From an uncultured Acidobacteriota bacterium (lineage in GTDB: Bacteria > Acidobacteriota > UBA6911 > RPQK01 > JAPXNP01): a DNA stretch of 64,000 nt. The position numbers were made by a program, and so were the translations under genes. Where the stretch lies: positions 288,001-352,000 of the forward strand of contig CAVZRV010000010.1 in assembly GCA_963777605.1 (NCBI GenBank), given 5' to 3'. This document shows, in pieces, positions 28,114 to 39,289 of the stretch (its first letter is position 1; each line of letters begins with the position of its first letter). The notes beneath the pieces are model-generated. The model had not been told where the DNA came from. It made no database searches and worked only from the letters and a program-made list of their open reading frames with translations.

Positions 28114-30303
28114 CTACAGGTTCTCCAGGATGAACCGGGTGATCAGCAAACGCAGATGGTAGACGTGACGCGGGGATCGAACGCCGTGACGGGCCCCGGG
28201 GTAAAGCATCAGATCGAACATCTTCGCCGCTTTCTCGAGTTCGTCGACGAGCTTGATTGTGTTCTGCATGTGCACGTTGTCATCGATCGTCCCGTGGATC
28301 AGAAGGAGCCGCCCTTCCAGGCTGGAAGCGGCCTCAATGACCGAGGTCGATTGGTAACCGGACGAGTTGGTCTGCGGAAGTCCCATGTAGCGTTCCGTGT
28401 AAATGCTGTCGTAGAGGTGCCAGTCTGTGACCGGCGCACCAGCGATCCCGACCTTGAAACTGTCACTGTGAGTGAGAGCATAGGAGGTAAAGTACCCGCC
28501 GTAACTCCATCCCCAAACCCCGATTCGGGAACCGTCGATAAAAGGCTTCTCCCGCAGCCAATTCACGGCGTCCTCGAGGTCGCGCAGTTCCACTTCGCCA
28601 AGCCGGTGATGAACGGGCCACGAGTACTTGGCTCCCTTTCCGCTGGCCGACCGGTTGTCACAGTAGAAGACCAGGTAACCTTTCTGCGCCATCATCTGGT
28701 GCCAGAGGTAGCCCGTCCCGCCCCAAGAGTTCCGGACTGTGGGCGATTGAGGGCCGCCGTAGACACTGATCAAGACCGGGTAACGCCGGTCTTGAGAGAA
28801 ATTCGGAGGCTTGATCCACATGGCCTCCATCTCGAATCCGTCGCGGGCCGGGACTTTGAAAAACTCCACTTTGCCCAGTCGATACTCGGCCAGTTTGGAC
28901 TTGTCGCCGCCGCCGAGTTCCCGAACCAGGCTCCCGTCCGCACGATGCAGCGAAACCTGGCGCGGAGTTGAGATATCACTCCACGAGTCGATATATAAGC
29001 CACTCTTGGAACTCAACTTTACCGAGTGAAAACCATCTCTTCGTGTGATCCGTTCCCGGTTCGTGCCGTCCAGGCGTATGCGATAGAGGTGCTGTTGAGG
29101 TGCCCCGTCCGCTTTACCGGAAAAATAGACCCACCCGGCATTCTCATCGACACCTTCCAGGCCTGTGACTTCCCACTCGCCCGAAGTCACTGGTCCCAGC
29201 AGCTTCCCTTCCGCGGAGTAGTGGTAAATGTGACGAAAGCCGTCCCGCTCACTCTCCCACAGGAACGAACCATCCTCCATCCACTCCGGTTCACCGAGCA
29301 CGTTGACCCACGCCGGCGACTCCTCCCGGAAAAGCACGGTCTCTTCCCCGCTCGAGCGGCTGAGCGCGGCCAGGTCCAACCAGTTTTGTTCCCTGTTCTG
29401 GACCTGGCAGATCACACGATTGGAATCGGGCGCCCACTTGACCCGGACCAGGAGAGGCTCATCCCGGAAGTAGCGCTCAAGGTTGGCCCACCGGAGCGCC
29501 CCGTCGTTCACCGAGATAATTCCGAGCCGCACCTTCGGGTTCGGGTCTCCAGGCTTGGGATACCAGGTTTTCTCGATCTTGAGTTGAACCGGGCGGTGGT
29601 CCACGACCGTAAATTCGGGCACATTCTGTTCGTTCAGCTGTAGAAACGCAATCGACGAGGAGTCCGGGCTCCACCAAAAACCTCGAAACCGTCCCCGTCC
29701 ATAGACCTCCTCCTGGTAAACCCAGTCCAGTTTCCCGTTGAGGACAGTGGGAGAACCGTCTTCGGTCAGCCGGGTAGAGAAAGAACCGTCAACCGCAACC
29801 ACCCAAAGGTCGTTTCCTTTCACAAAAGCCGCCATCTTCCCGGAAGGACTCAGTTGCGCTTCTTCCTCCTCTTCCCGATCACTAGTCAGCCTCGTTAGGC
29901 GGTTCTGCTCACGGTCGTATGCAAAGAGATCACTGCCCCAACTGATCAGGAAGGTCCGCTCGTCTTGTGCCATCTCCACATGTGACTTCCGTGCCAAGGT
30001 CCCCGAATCCTCCCCGTTGAAGCCTGTGAGCTTCTCCGCCGCGGCCTGGAGCTGGTTCGGGTCCAGCAACGTCTCGGAGTCCCCACTCCCGGCATCGACT
30101 CGCACGAGCCGGTTGTTGGACTGTCGTTCCAGGTAGTGCCTGCCGTCAGACAGCCACTCACGGCTGACGGGAGGCGGCCCATCAAAGTCGATCTGGTGGT
30201 CAGGTTCGTAGAGTTCCTCGAGTGTCAGCAGTTGGTCTTGAGCAAGGCCGAACGAGGCCGTCAGGAGGCACGGCAATGCGAATCTCAGGCAGCTTTTGAA
30301 CAT
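28114..30303 (-). CDS. Dipeptidyl-peptidase IV family (S9B) peptidase
   Basis: DWVYQEE, GWSYGG, HGTIDDNVH, C-terminal His. Signal peptide present. Confidence 0.95.
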   Translation of the reverse strand: MFKSCLRFALPCLLTASFGLAQDQLLTLEELYEPDHQIDFDGPPPVSREWLSDGRHYLERQSNNRLVRVDAGSGDSETLLDPNQLQAAAEKLTGFNGEDSGTLARKSHVEMAQDERTFLISWGSDLFAYDREQNRLTRLTSDREEEEEAQLSPSGKMAAFVKGNDLWVVAVDGSFSTRLTEDGSPTVLNGKLDWVYQEEVYGRGRFRGFWWSPDSSSIAFLQLNEQNVPEFTVVDHRPVQLKIEKTWYPKPGDPNPKVRLGIISVNDGALRWANLERYFRDEPLLVRVKWAPDSNRVICQVQNREQNWLDLAALSRSSGEETVLFREESPAWVNVLGEPEWMEDGSFLWESERDGFRHIYHYSAEGKLLGPVTSGEWEVTGLEGVDENAGWVYFSGKADGAPQQHLYRIRLDGTNRERITRRDGFHSVKLSSKSGLYIDSWSDISTPRQVSLHRADGSLVRELGGGDKSKLAEYRLGKVEFFKVPARDGFEMEAMWIKPPNFSQDRRYPVLISVYGGPQSPTVRNSWGGTGYLWHQMMAQKGYLVFYCDNRSASGKGAKYSWPVHHRLGEVELRDLEDAVNWLREKPFIDGSRIGVWGWSYGGYFTSYALTHSDSFKVGIAGAPVTDWHLYDSIYTERYMGLPQTNSSGYQSTSVIEAASSLEGRLLLIHGTIDDNVHMQNTIKLVDELEKAAKMFDLMLYPGARHGVRSPRHVYHLRLLITRFILENL

Positions 30304-30459
30304 GGCGGCAATCTTAGCATCGGCCACCAGTACTGGCACGTCAAAGCTCCGCCGGACGGGAACAGAGCGCGAGATTTCTCGCCAAGCCCATTGAAAAAGC
30401 GCCCCGCACGGAATACAAACGCTTCCAGAACCGTATTGCCACCATCAAGGAGGAGGAGA

Positions 30460-31200
30460 ATGGAAGCACACGTACCGTCCGTCGGTCCCGAGCAGCAGGC
30501 AACCAAAGGAGCTTTGTGGAGGCTCCAGGGAATCTTCTTCGAGCCATCGGCCACGTTCGAAGACATCAACCGGAAACCGGGCTTCGTCGTTCCGCTGTTA
30601 GTCGGGATACTGTTGGCTCTCGTCACCTGGCAGGTGATTGGTCACCTCGTCAACCTGCAAGAGATCCTGATGGTGAGCATGAAGACGAACCCTCAAGTGG
30701 CCGACAAGGTTTCCCCCGAACAGATGCAGCAGCAGGCGAGCTTTCTGGTTCCCTTTATACAGTATGTGGCTCCCCTGCTGGGAGTCCCGATCATGATCTT
30801 CCTGACCTCGGGCGTACTTATGCTGATGGTCTGGATCTCCGGCTCGGAAACGACCTTTTCTAAGATCGCGAGCGTGGTCTCCTACTCGATGTTCCTCCAG
30901 GGCTTGATTGGAGGCATCCTTATGATCCTGGTTTTCGCTCTGGCCAGCGATCCCCTCGCAATTGACCTGAAAAACCCGGTCATGACCAACATTGGAAGAT
31001 TCGTAGACGCAAGCGAATCTCCGGTGCTCAACCGGTTGCTGTCTTCAGTGGATATCCTGGTCTGGTACGTGATCTTCCTGCTCGGCCTCGGCCTCTCGAA
31101 AATCGCGCGCCCAATGACTATCGCCCGCGGGGTTATCCTTGTTGCGGTCCCGTACCTGCTCTACGTAGCCGCTTCAGCAGGACTGGCAGCATTATTCTAG
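30460..31200 (+). CDS. Yip1-family membrane protein
   Basis: AGGAGG RBS, IFFEPSATFEDINRKP N-terminus and 5 TM segments. Confidence 0.85.
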   Translation: MEAHVPSVGPEQQATKGALWRLQGIFFEPSATFEDINRKPGFVVPLLVGILLALVTWQVIGHLVNLQEILMVSMKTNPQVADKVSPEQMQQQASFLVPFIQYVAPLLGVPIMIFLTSGVLMLMVWISGSETTFSKIASVVSYSMFLQGLIGGILMILVFALASDPLAIDLKNPVMTNIGRFVDASESPVLNRLLSSVDILVWYVIFLLGLGLSKIARPMTIARGVILVAVPYLLYVAASAGLAALF

Positions 31201-31205
31201 GAAGG

Positions 31206-31234
31206 GAAAAATGGGAGGCGGAGATCCCGCCTCC
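31206..31234 (-). terminator. Terminator of the ribosomal superoperon (between convergent genes)
   Basis: GGAGGCGG/CCGCCTCC stem at 31214-31234, followed on the minus strand by CATTTTT. Confidence 0.65.
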
Positions 31235-31252
31235 TGAGGTCTGTAGCTGAGG

Positions 31253-31789
31253 TTACTTTGCCGGCTTGGACTCGGGAGCCTTTTCAGCCTTCTTCGTGCG
31301 CTTCTTGGCAGTGCCGGCAGGTTTGGCAGGCTTCTTCTCTTTGCCCGAAGCAGCACTCTTGGAAGCAGCCTTCTTCCCTGAAGACTTGGTTTGCTTAGCC
31401 TTTTTGGCCGGCTTCTCTTCTTCCCCCTTGGGTGCTGCGTCAACGAACTCGAGAAGAGCCATCTCCGCCGCATCCCCGGGCCGGACTCCAAGGCGGAAGA
31501 TCCGGGTGTAGCCGCCGTTTCGGTCGGCAAAACGCGGAGCCAGCGAGTCGAACAACTTGAACACTACCTCTTTTTTTCGGAGGTAGGACAACGCCTGCCG
31601 CCGGGCATGGAGATTTTCCCGCTTTCCCAGCGTGATCATTCGTTCCGCGGCGGATCGCACTTCCTTAGCCTTCGGAACCGTCGTGACCATCTTCTCGTTC
31701 TCGAAAAACTCAGTCACCATCGTGCGCAACAGCGCCTTCCGATGGCTTGTTGTTCTGCCCAGCCTACGGCCGGCTCTACGGTGTCGCAT
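31253..31789 (-). CDS. rplQ: 50S ribosomal protein L17 with Lys/Ala-rich C-terminal tail
   Basis: [20 protein letters not shown]...RNGGYTRI. Confidence 0.98.
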   Translation of the reverse strand: MRHRRAGRRLGRTTSHRKALLRTMVTEFFENEKMVTTVPKAKEVRSAAERMITLGKRENLHARRQALSYLRKKEVVFKLFDSLAPRFADRNGGYTRIFRLGVRPGDAAEMALLEFVDAAPKGEEEKPAKKAKQTKSSGKKAASKSAASGKEKKPAKPAGTAKKRTKKAEKAPESKPAK

Positions 31790-31860
31790 CTTCTCCTCCG
31801 CTCAAATCCTGATAGCCTTCACAGGCAGAATTCACATCCATTCCCGACGGAAATATCGCG

Positions 31861-32853
31861 CTAGTCCTCGGATTCCTGGCCTCCAATGAGCCTGCCCTGT
31901 TCGTCGATCCTCATTCCAAAAGAGAGTCCCATATCAGCGAGAATTTCCTTGATCTCATTGAGGGACTTTCGGCCGAAATTCTTCGTTTTAAGCATCTCGG
32001 CTTCGGTTCGGGTTACCAGTTCGCCAATCGTCTGAATATTGGCGTTCTTCAGACAGTTGTACGAACGGACGGACAGTTCCAACTCCTCAATCGATTTGCT
32101 GAGGTTCTCGTTGTAGCTGTGCGTTCCGGTTTCGCTCCCGCTCTCCCCCTCATCACTGTCCTCTTCAAAGTTGATGAAGATGTACAGGTGATCCTTAAGG
32201 ATTTTCGCAGCCTTGGCTACCGCTTCCTGGGGACGAATGCTGCCGTTGGTCCAGACTTCGAGGTTCAGCTTGTCGTAGTCGGTCGAATGGCCGAGACGCG
32301 CCGATTCCACCCAGAAATTCACTTTCTGGATCGGGGAATGCACTGCGTCGATAGGAATGTAACCGATACCCAAGTCCTCATCAAAATTCTCGTCGGCAGG
32401 AACATAACCACGGCCCGCCTTAACCCGGAGTTCCATCCGGAATTCCACATTTTCCCCAACCGTAGCGATGTGGAGGTCTTTCTCCAGAATCTCGATATCG
32501 GGGTCCGGCTTGAGATCTCCGGATTTCAAGTCTCCCCCTTTGCCCGACGACTCCAAATAGAGAGTCTTCGAGTGATCCACGTGCAACTTCAAGGGGATCT
32601 GCTTCAAATTCATGATGATGTCGGTCACGTCCTCCCGGACTCCGGGAATGGACGAGAACTCGTGCAGGACACCATCGATCTTAACCGCCGTAATCGCCGC
32701 CCCGTCGATGGATGACAACAGGATTCGGCGTAATCCGTTTCCAATTGTCGTCCCAAAACCCCGCTCGAACGGCTGGGCTGAAAAATGCCCGAACGTATCC
32801 GTCAGAGTTTCCATGTCACACGCCAATCGTTTTGGTTTCTGGAAACCTTTCAT
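31861..32853 (-). CDS. rpoA: RNA polymerase alpha subunit
   Basis: [41 protein letters not shown]. Confidence 0.99.
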   Translation of the reverse strand: MKGFQKPKRLACDMETLTDTFGHFSAQPFERGFGTTIGNGLRRILLSSIDGAAITAVKIDGVLHEFSSIPGVREDVTDIIMNLKQIPLKLHVDHSKTLYLESSGKGGDLKSGDLKPDPDIEILEKDLHIATVGENVEFRMELRVKAGRGYVPADENFDEDLGIGYIPIDAVHSPIQKVNFWVESARLGHSTDYDKLNLEVWTNGSIRPQEAVAKAAKILKDHLYIFINFEEDSDEGESGSETGTHSYNENLSKSIEELELSVRSYNCLKNANIQTIGELVTRTEAEMLKTKNFGRKSLNEIKEILADMGLSFGMRIDEQGRLIGGQESED

Positions 32854-32931
32854 GGGACTTTATCTCCGTATTCTTGAGCCAAAAAACTGCCGAAGGTCCT
32901 GAATGAACACCCCGACCCGCAGCTAATCTGC

Positions 32932-33570
32932 TTACTTCGAGTACAACTCGACGATCAGCTGTTCCTCGATCGGCACCTTGATTTCTTCACGACTCGGAAG
33001 CTCGAGAACTTGACCGGTGAAGTTCTCACGGTCCAGATTCAGCCAGGACGGCACACCCCTTCCGGCAACATCTTCCATGGCAGCGATAATCAGGGGGTTC
33101 TTGCGACTCCGCTGCCGCACCGAAACCTCATCACCCGCACGCATCATGACCGAAGGCACCGTCACCTTCTTTCCATCCACACGAATATGCCCGTGCCGAA
33201 CAATCTGTCTCGCCTGCGCCCGTGAGCCGCCGAAGCCGAGTCGATAAACCACGTTGTCCAGACGACACTCCAGCAACTGCAAAAGCAGCTGTCCCGTAAC
33301 GCCCTTCCGGCGAGCTGCCTTTTCAAAATAGCGCCGGAACTGACGCTCCAGAACACCATATGTTCGCTTCGTCTTCTGCTTCTCCCTCAGCTGCTGGCCA
33401 TAGCCACTCGCCTGGCGGCGGCGGCGGAAGAAGGAACGCCCGTGTTCGCCCGGGGCATAATTCCGCTTCTCTACAGCACACTTATCCGTAAAACAGCGCT
33501 GGCCCTTCAGGAACAGCTTCGTTCCTTCACGCCTGCACAACCGACAAACGGCGCCTGTATACCTAGCCAA
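32932..33570 (-). CDS. rpsD: 30S ribosomal protein S4
   Basis: [32 protein letters not shown] start. Confidence 0.98.
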   Translation of the reverse strand: MARYTGAVCRLCRREGTKLFLKGQRCFTDKCAVEKRNYAPGEHGRSFFRRRRQASGYGQQLREKQKTKRTYGVLERQFRRYFEKAARRKGVTGQLLLQLLECRLDNVVYRLGFGGSRAQARQIVRHGHIRVDGKKVTVPSVMMRAGDEVSVRQRSRKNPLIIAAMEDVAGRGVPSWLNLDRENFTGQVLELPSREEIKVPIEEQLIVELYSK

Positions 33571-33659
33571 TCTCAAACCTCCCGACGGCACCGGGCCGTC
33601 CTGTCGATGACCAATCCAAATTCTTCCTTTTCGCGTCCAAACTGCTCATCTCGCGGAGA

Positions 33660-34070
33660 TCAAACGCGTCTCTTCTTGCGTGGCCGACAACCGTTGTGCG
33701 GAATCGGCGTCACGTCCTTTATCGATTTGACATCCAGACCCGCAGCCTGGATCGAGCGAACCGCTGCCTCGCGACCGGCGCCGGGGCCGTTGACTCGAAC
33801 GTCGCAATACTTCATCCCGTACATGTCCCGGGCCGCGGCGGCGGCTGAGTGCGCAGCCTGAGATGCCGCGAAGGGCGTGCTCTTCCGGCTTCCCTTAAAA
33901 CCCTGTCCACCAGCGCTTGCCTGCGAAAGCACGTTACCCTCAAGATCACTGATCGTAATGAGCGTGTTATTGAACGTCGCCCGAACAAAAGCGATCCCAT
34001 GAGCAACAAGCTTCCGCTCACGCTTTTTGGTTGTCGTTTTCTTCTTCGAACCCTTAGCGCCTTTTGCCAT
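33660..34070 (-). CDS. rpsK: 30S ribosomal protein S11
   Basis: [31 protein letters not shown]. Confidence 0.99.
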   Translation of the reverse strand: MAKGAKGSKKKTTTKKRERKLVAHGIAFVRATFNNTLITISDLEGNVLSQASAGGQGFKGSRKSTPFAASQAAHSAAAAARDMYGMKYCDVRVNGPGAGREAAVRSIQAAGLDVKSIKDVTPIPHNGCRPRKKRRV

Positions 34071-34094
34071 AATTACCTCTTGGGTTTCCCAGGG

Positions 34095-34463
34095 TTACCG
34101 TTTCTTACGACCGATACGACCCTTCTTCGGCCCCTTCCGCGTGCGAGAATTGGTATGCGTTCGCTGTCCCCGAACTGGCAATCCGCGCCGGTGACGCAGG
34201 CCCCGGTAACAGCCAATATCCATCAGGCGTTTAATGTTGAGCTGGACTTCTTTCCGAAGATCGCCCTCAACCCGGCCTTCGTCCTGAATGATCTGGCGGA
34301 TTCGACCCGCATCCTCTTCCGTCAGTTCGCGGACCTTAATGGCGTTGTCGACACCTGCCGTTTGGCAGATCTTGCCCGCACGAGACCGTCCGATCCCGTA
34401 GATGTAAGTCAACGCGACATCTACTCTCTTGTTGTCAGGAATATTCACTCCGGCGATACGCAT
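34095..34463 (-). CDS. rpsM: 30S ribosomal protein S13
   Basis: [23 protein letters not shown]. Confidence 0.99.
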   Translation of the reverse strand: MRIAGVNIPDNKRVDVALTYIYGIGRSRAGKICQTAGVDNAIKVRELTEEDAGRIRQIIQDEGRVEGDLRKEVQLNIKRLMDIGCYRGLRHRRGLPVRGQRTHTNSRTRKGPKKGRIGRKKR

Positions 34464-34484
34464 TCTCAGCCTCCAGCTAAGGGC

Positions 34485-34598
34485 CTAGCCCTGTCTCTGC
34501 TTATGCTTGGGATTCTCGCAGATCACCCGCACCACGCCCCGCCTCTTGATCACTTTACACTTCATGCAAATTTTCTTGACCGATGCTCGAACCTTCAT
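34485..34598 (-). CDS. rpmJ: 50S ribosomal protein L36
   Basis: Too short for the ORF track. Manual translation [37 protein letters not shown]. Confidence 0.98.
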   Translation of the reverse strand: MKVRASVKKICMKCKVIKRRGVVRVICENPKHKQRQG

Positions 34599-34630
34599 CG
34601 TCTTTTCTCCCTGGCGCGTCGTGCCGGTGC

Positions 34631-34852
34631 CTATTTGTAGCGATAGACGATTCGTCCCCGACTCAGATCATAGGGGGAAAGTTCCACCTTGACCTTGTCG
34701 CCGGGCAGAATCCGGATGAAATATTTCCGCATCTTCCCGGAGACATGAGCCAATACCTCGTGCTTGTTCTCCAGTTCGACTCGGAACATGGCATTGGGAA
34801 GCGTTTCAACTACGGTTCCAATAACCTCTATCGCTTCTTCCTTCTTTGACAC
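34631..34852 (-). CDS. infA: Translation initiation factor IF-1
   Basis: [27 protein letters not shown]. Confidence 0.99.
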   Translation of the reverse strand: MSKKEEAIEVIGTVVETLPNAMFRVELENKHEVLAHVSGKMRKYFIRILPGDKVKVELSPYDLSRGRIVYRYK

Positions 34853-34870
34853 GCGTTCCGTCCTTACTCT

Positions 34871-35623
34871 TCAGTTCAATTCGCTCAGTATCCAGGGACC
34901 ATCCTTAGTGACGGCTACCGAGTGCTCGAAGTGCGCACTGCAGCCTCCATCTACGGTAACAGCGGTCCAGCAATCCTCCAAAATACGGACGCCCGGGCCT
35001 CGGTCGTTCACCATGGGCTCGATCGCGAGCACCATCCCTTCAACCAGACGGGGCCCTCGCCCCGGCACACCAAAATTCGGAACCTGCGGGTCCTCGTGGA
35101 GCGACCGGCCAATCCCGTGTCCAACAAAATCCCGGACTACAGAAAATCCATACTTTTCCACGTACTGCTGAATCGCAGCGGAAATGTCGGAAACCCTGTT
35201 CCCGACCTGAACCCGCTCAATTCCAACATAAAGAGAGTCCCGCGTAACATCCAGCAACTGCTGGAGATCCGCTTTGATCTCCCCAACCGGGAAGGTTCGC
35301 GCCGAGTCACCGTAATACCCCCGGTACCGAACCCCCACGTCCACCGCCAGGATGTCTCCTTCTCGGAGAATCTTGTCCCTGCGCGGAATCCCGTGGACGA
35401 TTTCCTCGTTCACGGAAGCACATATGGTCGCCGGGTATCCCCGGTAACCCTTAAAACCCGGTTCCCCTCCCTCTGCCCGGATAAAGTCTTCCGCGACTTC
35501 ATCCAGTTCCAGGGTCGAAACCCCCGGCCTGATCATCCCTGAAAGAAGGTCGAGCACCCGGGCTACCATTCGGTTCGAGCACTCCATCTTCTCCAGTTCC
35601 GCCGGACCTTTCCGGATTATCAT
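34871..35623 (-). CDS. map: Methionine aminopeptidase type I
   Basis: VNEEIVHGIP, GHGIG, HEDP, AIEPM, AHFEH. Confidence 0.98.
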   Translation of the reverse strand: MIIRKGPAELEKMECSNRMVARVLDLLSGMIRPGVSTLELDEVAEDFIRAEGGEPGFKGYRGYPATICASVNEEIVHGIPRRDKILREGDILAVDVGVRYRGYYGDSARTFPVGEIKADLQQLLDVTRDSLYVGIERVQVGNRVSDISAAIQQYVEKYGFSVVRDFVGHGIGRSLHEDPQVPNFGVPGRGPRLVEGMVLAIEPMVNDRGPGVRILEDCWTAVTVDGGCSAHFEHSVAVTKDGPWILSELN

Positions 35624-35628
35624 CCCGG

Positions 35629-36316
35629 TCAGACCTCAACGATCCGAGCTGATCGATTCAAAAACGATCGTGGGATCCTGGCTTCCGTCGACCTCCTGGT
35701 AGCATTCCCTGATCCCTGTAGAAATCAACTACCGGCCGTGTCTGCTCATCGTAAACCCGCAGCCGTTCCTGGATTACGTCCTCGTAATCGTCGTCCCGCC
35801 GCTTGAGGGCAGTCTCCACATCGATCACAGAATCCCTGCTCGGCTGGCGGAGAAAAGTAAATATTATAAATGTTTCCGCACTTTGGGCAAAACCGCCTTC
35901 CCGAAAGCCGACGAACGACCAGGTCAGGCTCCACTGCAATGTTGACTACCTGCAAGCCGAGTCCATTCCGAATCGACTCCAGAAACCTCGGCCTGCGCGA
36001 GATTTCTGGGATACCCGTCCAAAATACAGCCCGGTGTACCAACCATCCTCTCAACCGAGCCTTCACCATTTCGCCGATGAATTCGTCCGGGACCAGGTCC
36101 CCGGCTTCCATGATCACTTTCGCGCATTTTCCAATTTCAGTGTTGCGCTTCACTTCATCCCGAAGCAACTCCCCGGTCGAAAATGCGCCAACCCAAACTG
36201 CTCCGACAACCGTTTTGCCTGTGTCCCTTGCCCCCCCCCGGGTGGGCTAAGTAAAACCAGGACTAAAGACTCCTTCTTTCCCTCCGAATCAACCAGCTCC
36301 ACTTCCACTCAGCCAT
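35629..36316 (-). CDS. adk: Adenylate kinase, broken by several indels (probable sequencing errors)
   Basis: Fragments in different frames: PPG-x-GKGTQ, STGELLR, GDLVPD, ILDGYPR, LID CPKC...CDRC, RRDDD, RLRVY. Lies between secY and map. Confidence 0.88.
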
Positions 36317-36330
36317 CTCCACTTCCACTT

Positions 36331-37735
36331 TCACCGGCGCCCCCGAACTCGTCCCTTCTTGAGGAATCCTTCGTAGTGCCGCATGATCAACTGCGATTCA
36401 ATTTGCTGAACGGTATCCATGGCAACCGCCACGACAATCAGAAGCGACGTGCCGCCAAAATAGAAGTTGACACCCAGACCCGTGGTAATGAAGTCCAGGT
36501 CATAGGTTGTCAAGAAGTCATCGATCGGGGGTCCGATAAACGGGATCGGCTGGATCTTGAATCCTGTGATCAGAAACTCTGGAATCAGACAGACCACAAC
36601 CAGGTAAATGGCACCGATCGTCGTTAACCGGCTCAGAACCGTATCGATGTATTCGGCAGTGCGTCTTCCGGGCCTGATACCCGGGATGTACCCGCCGTAT
36701 TTCCGGATGTTGTCGGCGACTTCATCCGGGTTGAAAATGATGCTCACGTAAAAGAACGTGAAGAACACGATGCCGATGATGTAAATCAAGTTGTACAGGG
36801 GATATCCCTGCGACAATTGCTGAGTCACCCCCTTGACCCAATCCGCCTGGGTGACCAATCCGAGGGTCGACGGGAAGGCCACGATCGAAGCCGCGAAGAT
36901 GACCGGGATAACACCTCCCGAGTTGATCCGCAACGGCAGATGCGTTGCCTGTCCACCATACATCCGGCGTCCGACCACCCGCTTCGCGTATTGGACCGGT
37001 ATCCTCCGTTGCGCCCGTTCGACAGCAACAATTCCCGCAGTCACCGCGAGCATCATGAGGAGAAGAAAGAGGATCGTGAACACCGTCCGCTCACCCATTT
37101 GCCAGGACTGGATCAGCCCGTAGGAAGCCCGCGGCAATCCGACAACGATACCCGCAAAGATGATCGAGCGAAATTCCGTTTCCGATTCCCCGCTCGGTAA
37201 TCTGCTCGCCCAACCACATGACCAGCACCGAACCCGTCGTCAGGGTCAGCATAGTCATCAGACGAAATCCCCATCCCGGATGGGGAACGATCGGCGGGGT
37301 CGACTGGGTCTGTTCCAGAGCCACCGCCGTAAAGAATCCCTGAAATGAACTCAGCCCAACGGTCAGGTAGCGCGTGTACTGATTGATTTTCTTGCGGCCC
37401 AGTTCGCCCTCTTTTGACAACCGCTCGAGGTAGGGCCAGACCACCGTCAACAGCTGGAGAATGATTGACGCCGTAATGTACGGCATGATTCCGAGGGCAA
37501 AAATCGAGAGGCGGCTCAGGCTGCCTCCGACGAACATGTTGAACATGCCGAAAATCGTCCCACCCTGCTGGGCGAAGAACGACTGCAATGCCTGGCTGTC
37601 GATTCCGGGAGTCGGAATAAAACTGCCAATTCGATAGCAGGCCAGCAATCCGAGCATGAAAAGAATTCGATTCCTGAGATCCGGGATCTTCAGGATATTT
37701 CGAACTCCCGCTTGAAAACCGGTCATCTCTCCCAT
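36331..37735 (-). CDS. secY: Preprotein translocase SecY, with one extra base near 37165
   Basis: [16 protein letters not shown] and [17 protein letters not shown], which continue as IIFAGIV in the shifted frame, then IPGIRPG and GGTSLLIVV. Confidence 0.95.
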
Positions 37736-38183
37736 TAGCTCAAGACCTCTACGCTTCCACCTGCTGCCTCGATCTTGGCCTTGGCCGAGCCGGTGAAATG
37801 ATGGGCACGAACCGTGAGTTTCTTTGTCAGGTCGCCTTCACCAAGGATCCGCAGTCCATCACGCATATTCTTGACGAATCCGGACTCGATCAAGGTCTGA
37901 GGGGAAACTTCAGTGCCCTCATCGAACGCATTCAGGTCGCGAACGTTCAGAACGATGTACTCTTTTCGAAACTTGTTCGTGAAACCACGTTTCGGAAGCC
38001 GGCGGTAGAGGGGCATCTGCCCCCCTCAAATCCGAAGCGCTGCGAATAACCGCTTCTCGACTTCTGACCTTTCTGACCACGACCCGCACGGACGCCAAGG
38101 CCCGAACCCGGACCACGGCCCACCCGCTTCTTCTGTTGGTTCGCGCCCTTGGAACGCGACAGTGCGTGTAACTGAAAGCTCAC
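37735..38183 (-). CDS. rplO: 50S ribosomal protein L15, with one base missing in the C-run at 38020-38025
   Basis: RVGRGPGSG...GFEGG joins [13 protein letters not shown] after a frameshift. Confidence 0.95.
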
Positions 38184-38383
38184 GACTCTTCTCCCTCAAT
38201 GACCTGGACCAGGTGGCTGACTTTCCGGACCTGTCCCCAGGTTGCCGGGGAATCGGGCCGTTCCACGACCTGGTTCAACCGCCTCAATCCCAATCCCTGG
38301 ACAACTTTTCGCTGCGCTGCCGGCCGGCCGACTACGCTTCGAACGTACTTGATTCTGATGACTCCAGCGTCCTTCTTGGTCAT
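38180..38383 (-). CDS. rpmD: 50S ribosomal protein L30
   Basis: IKYVRSVVG...GLGLRRLNQ...KVSHLV. Confidence 0.95.
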   Translation of the reverse strand: MTKKDAGVIRIKYVRSVVGRPAAQRKVVQGLGLRRLNQVVERPDSPATWGQVRKVSHLVQVIEGEES

Positions 38384-38399
38384 GGATCCCTCGAACTTC

Positions 38400-38894
38400 C
38401 TACAGTTCCTCTGCGACCTTGCCGCGCAGAGCCGCGACCTCTTCGGCACTTCGCAACTGTGCCAACCCTTCAAAGGTCGCTTTCACCACGTTATGCGGGT
38501 TGGCAGAACCCAGCGACTTGGTCACGACATTTCGGATTCCGGCGGATTCCATAACCGCACGAACCGGCCCACCGGCGATTACACCAGTACCTTCAGCCGC
38601 CGGCTTCAACAGAACCTGCCCCGCTCCGAACCGCCCCACTACCGCGTGAGGAATCGTCGATCCAGTCATTGGAATCTGGATCATCCCCTTTTTCGCCTTC
38701 TCCAATCCCTTTCGAATTGCCGCGGGCACTTCCTTGGCCTTGCCCATTCCATACCCAACTCGGCCGGTCTGATCTCCAACCACCACCAACGCGCTGAAGC
38801 TGAGGTTCTTGCCTCCCTTAACGACTTTGGTGACCCTTCGAATCGAAACGACCTGGTCTTTCAGTTCAAGTTCATTAATCTGCCCGTTTGCCAT
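38400..38894 (-). CDS. rpsE: 30S ribosomal protein S5
   Basis: [17 protein letters not shown]. Confidence 0.99.
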   Translation of the reverse strand: MANGQINELELKDQVVSIRRVTKVVKGGKNLSFSALVVVGDQTGRVGYGMGKAKEVPAAIRKGLEKAKKGMIQIPMTGSTIPHAVVGRFGAGQVLLKPAAEGTGVIAGGPVRAVMESAGIRNVVTKSLGSANPHNVVKATFEGLAQLRSAEEVAALRGKVAEEL

Positions 38895-38914
38895 CAGGAC
38901 ACCTCTCGACCAAT

Positions 38915-39280
38915 TCAGAACTCGAGCCCAGCTTCACGGGCTGCATCAGCCAGCGCCTTGACCCGCCCTGTATAAAGATTCCCGTTGCGGTCAAAAACGA
39001 CCTTCTTCAAGCCTGAAGCCTGCGCCTGGGTCGCAATTCCCTTGCCGACCTCTTTGGCCGCAGAGACATTTCCACCATTGGGCAGCTTAGTCCCATCCAG
39101 CTTCAAAGACGACACCGTCATCAACGTCCGTTGAGCATCGTCGTCCACTAACTGAGCGTAAATATGCTTTAGGCTTTTGAACACACAGAGGCGCGGCCGC
39201 TCCGCAGTACCCAGCACCGCAGTCCGACTTCTCAGGTGTACCTTCTTACGACGTTCAGCCCTGCTCAAATGCTTAGCCAT
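38915..39280 (-). CDS. rplR: 50S ribosomal protein L18
   Basis: [23 protein letters not shown]. Confidence 0.98.
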   Translation of the reverse strand: MAKHLSRAERRKKVHLRSRTAVLGTAERPRLCVFKSLKHIYAQLVDDDAQRTLMTVSSLKLDGTKLPNGGNVSAAKEVGKGIATQAQASGLKKVVFDRNGNLYTGRVKALADAAREAGLEF

Positions 39281-39289
39281 GATTAACCG

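Noticed and set aside
30136-30459. N-terminal extension of the 354-aa Yip1 ORF
   Set aside because: It overlaps the divergent S9 peptidase start. A strong AGGAGG RBS supports ATG 30460.
36297-36329. 13-bp direct repeat CTCCACTTCCACT x2 at the secY-adk junction
   Set aside because: It overlaps the adk RBS and N-terminal codons and lies in the error-rich stretch, so it cannot be separated from an artefact.
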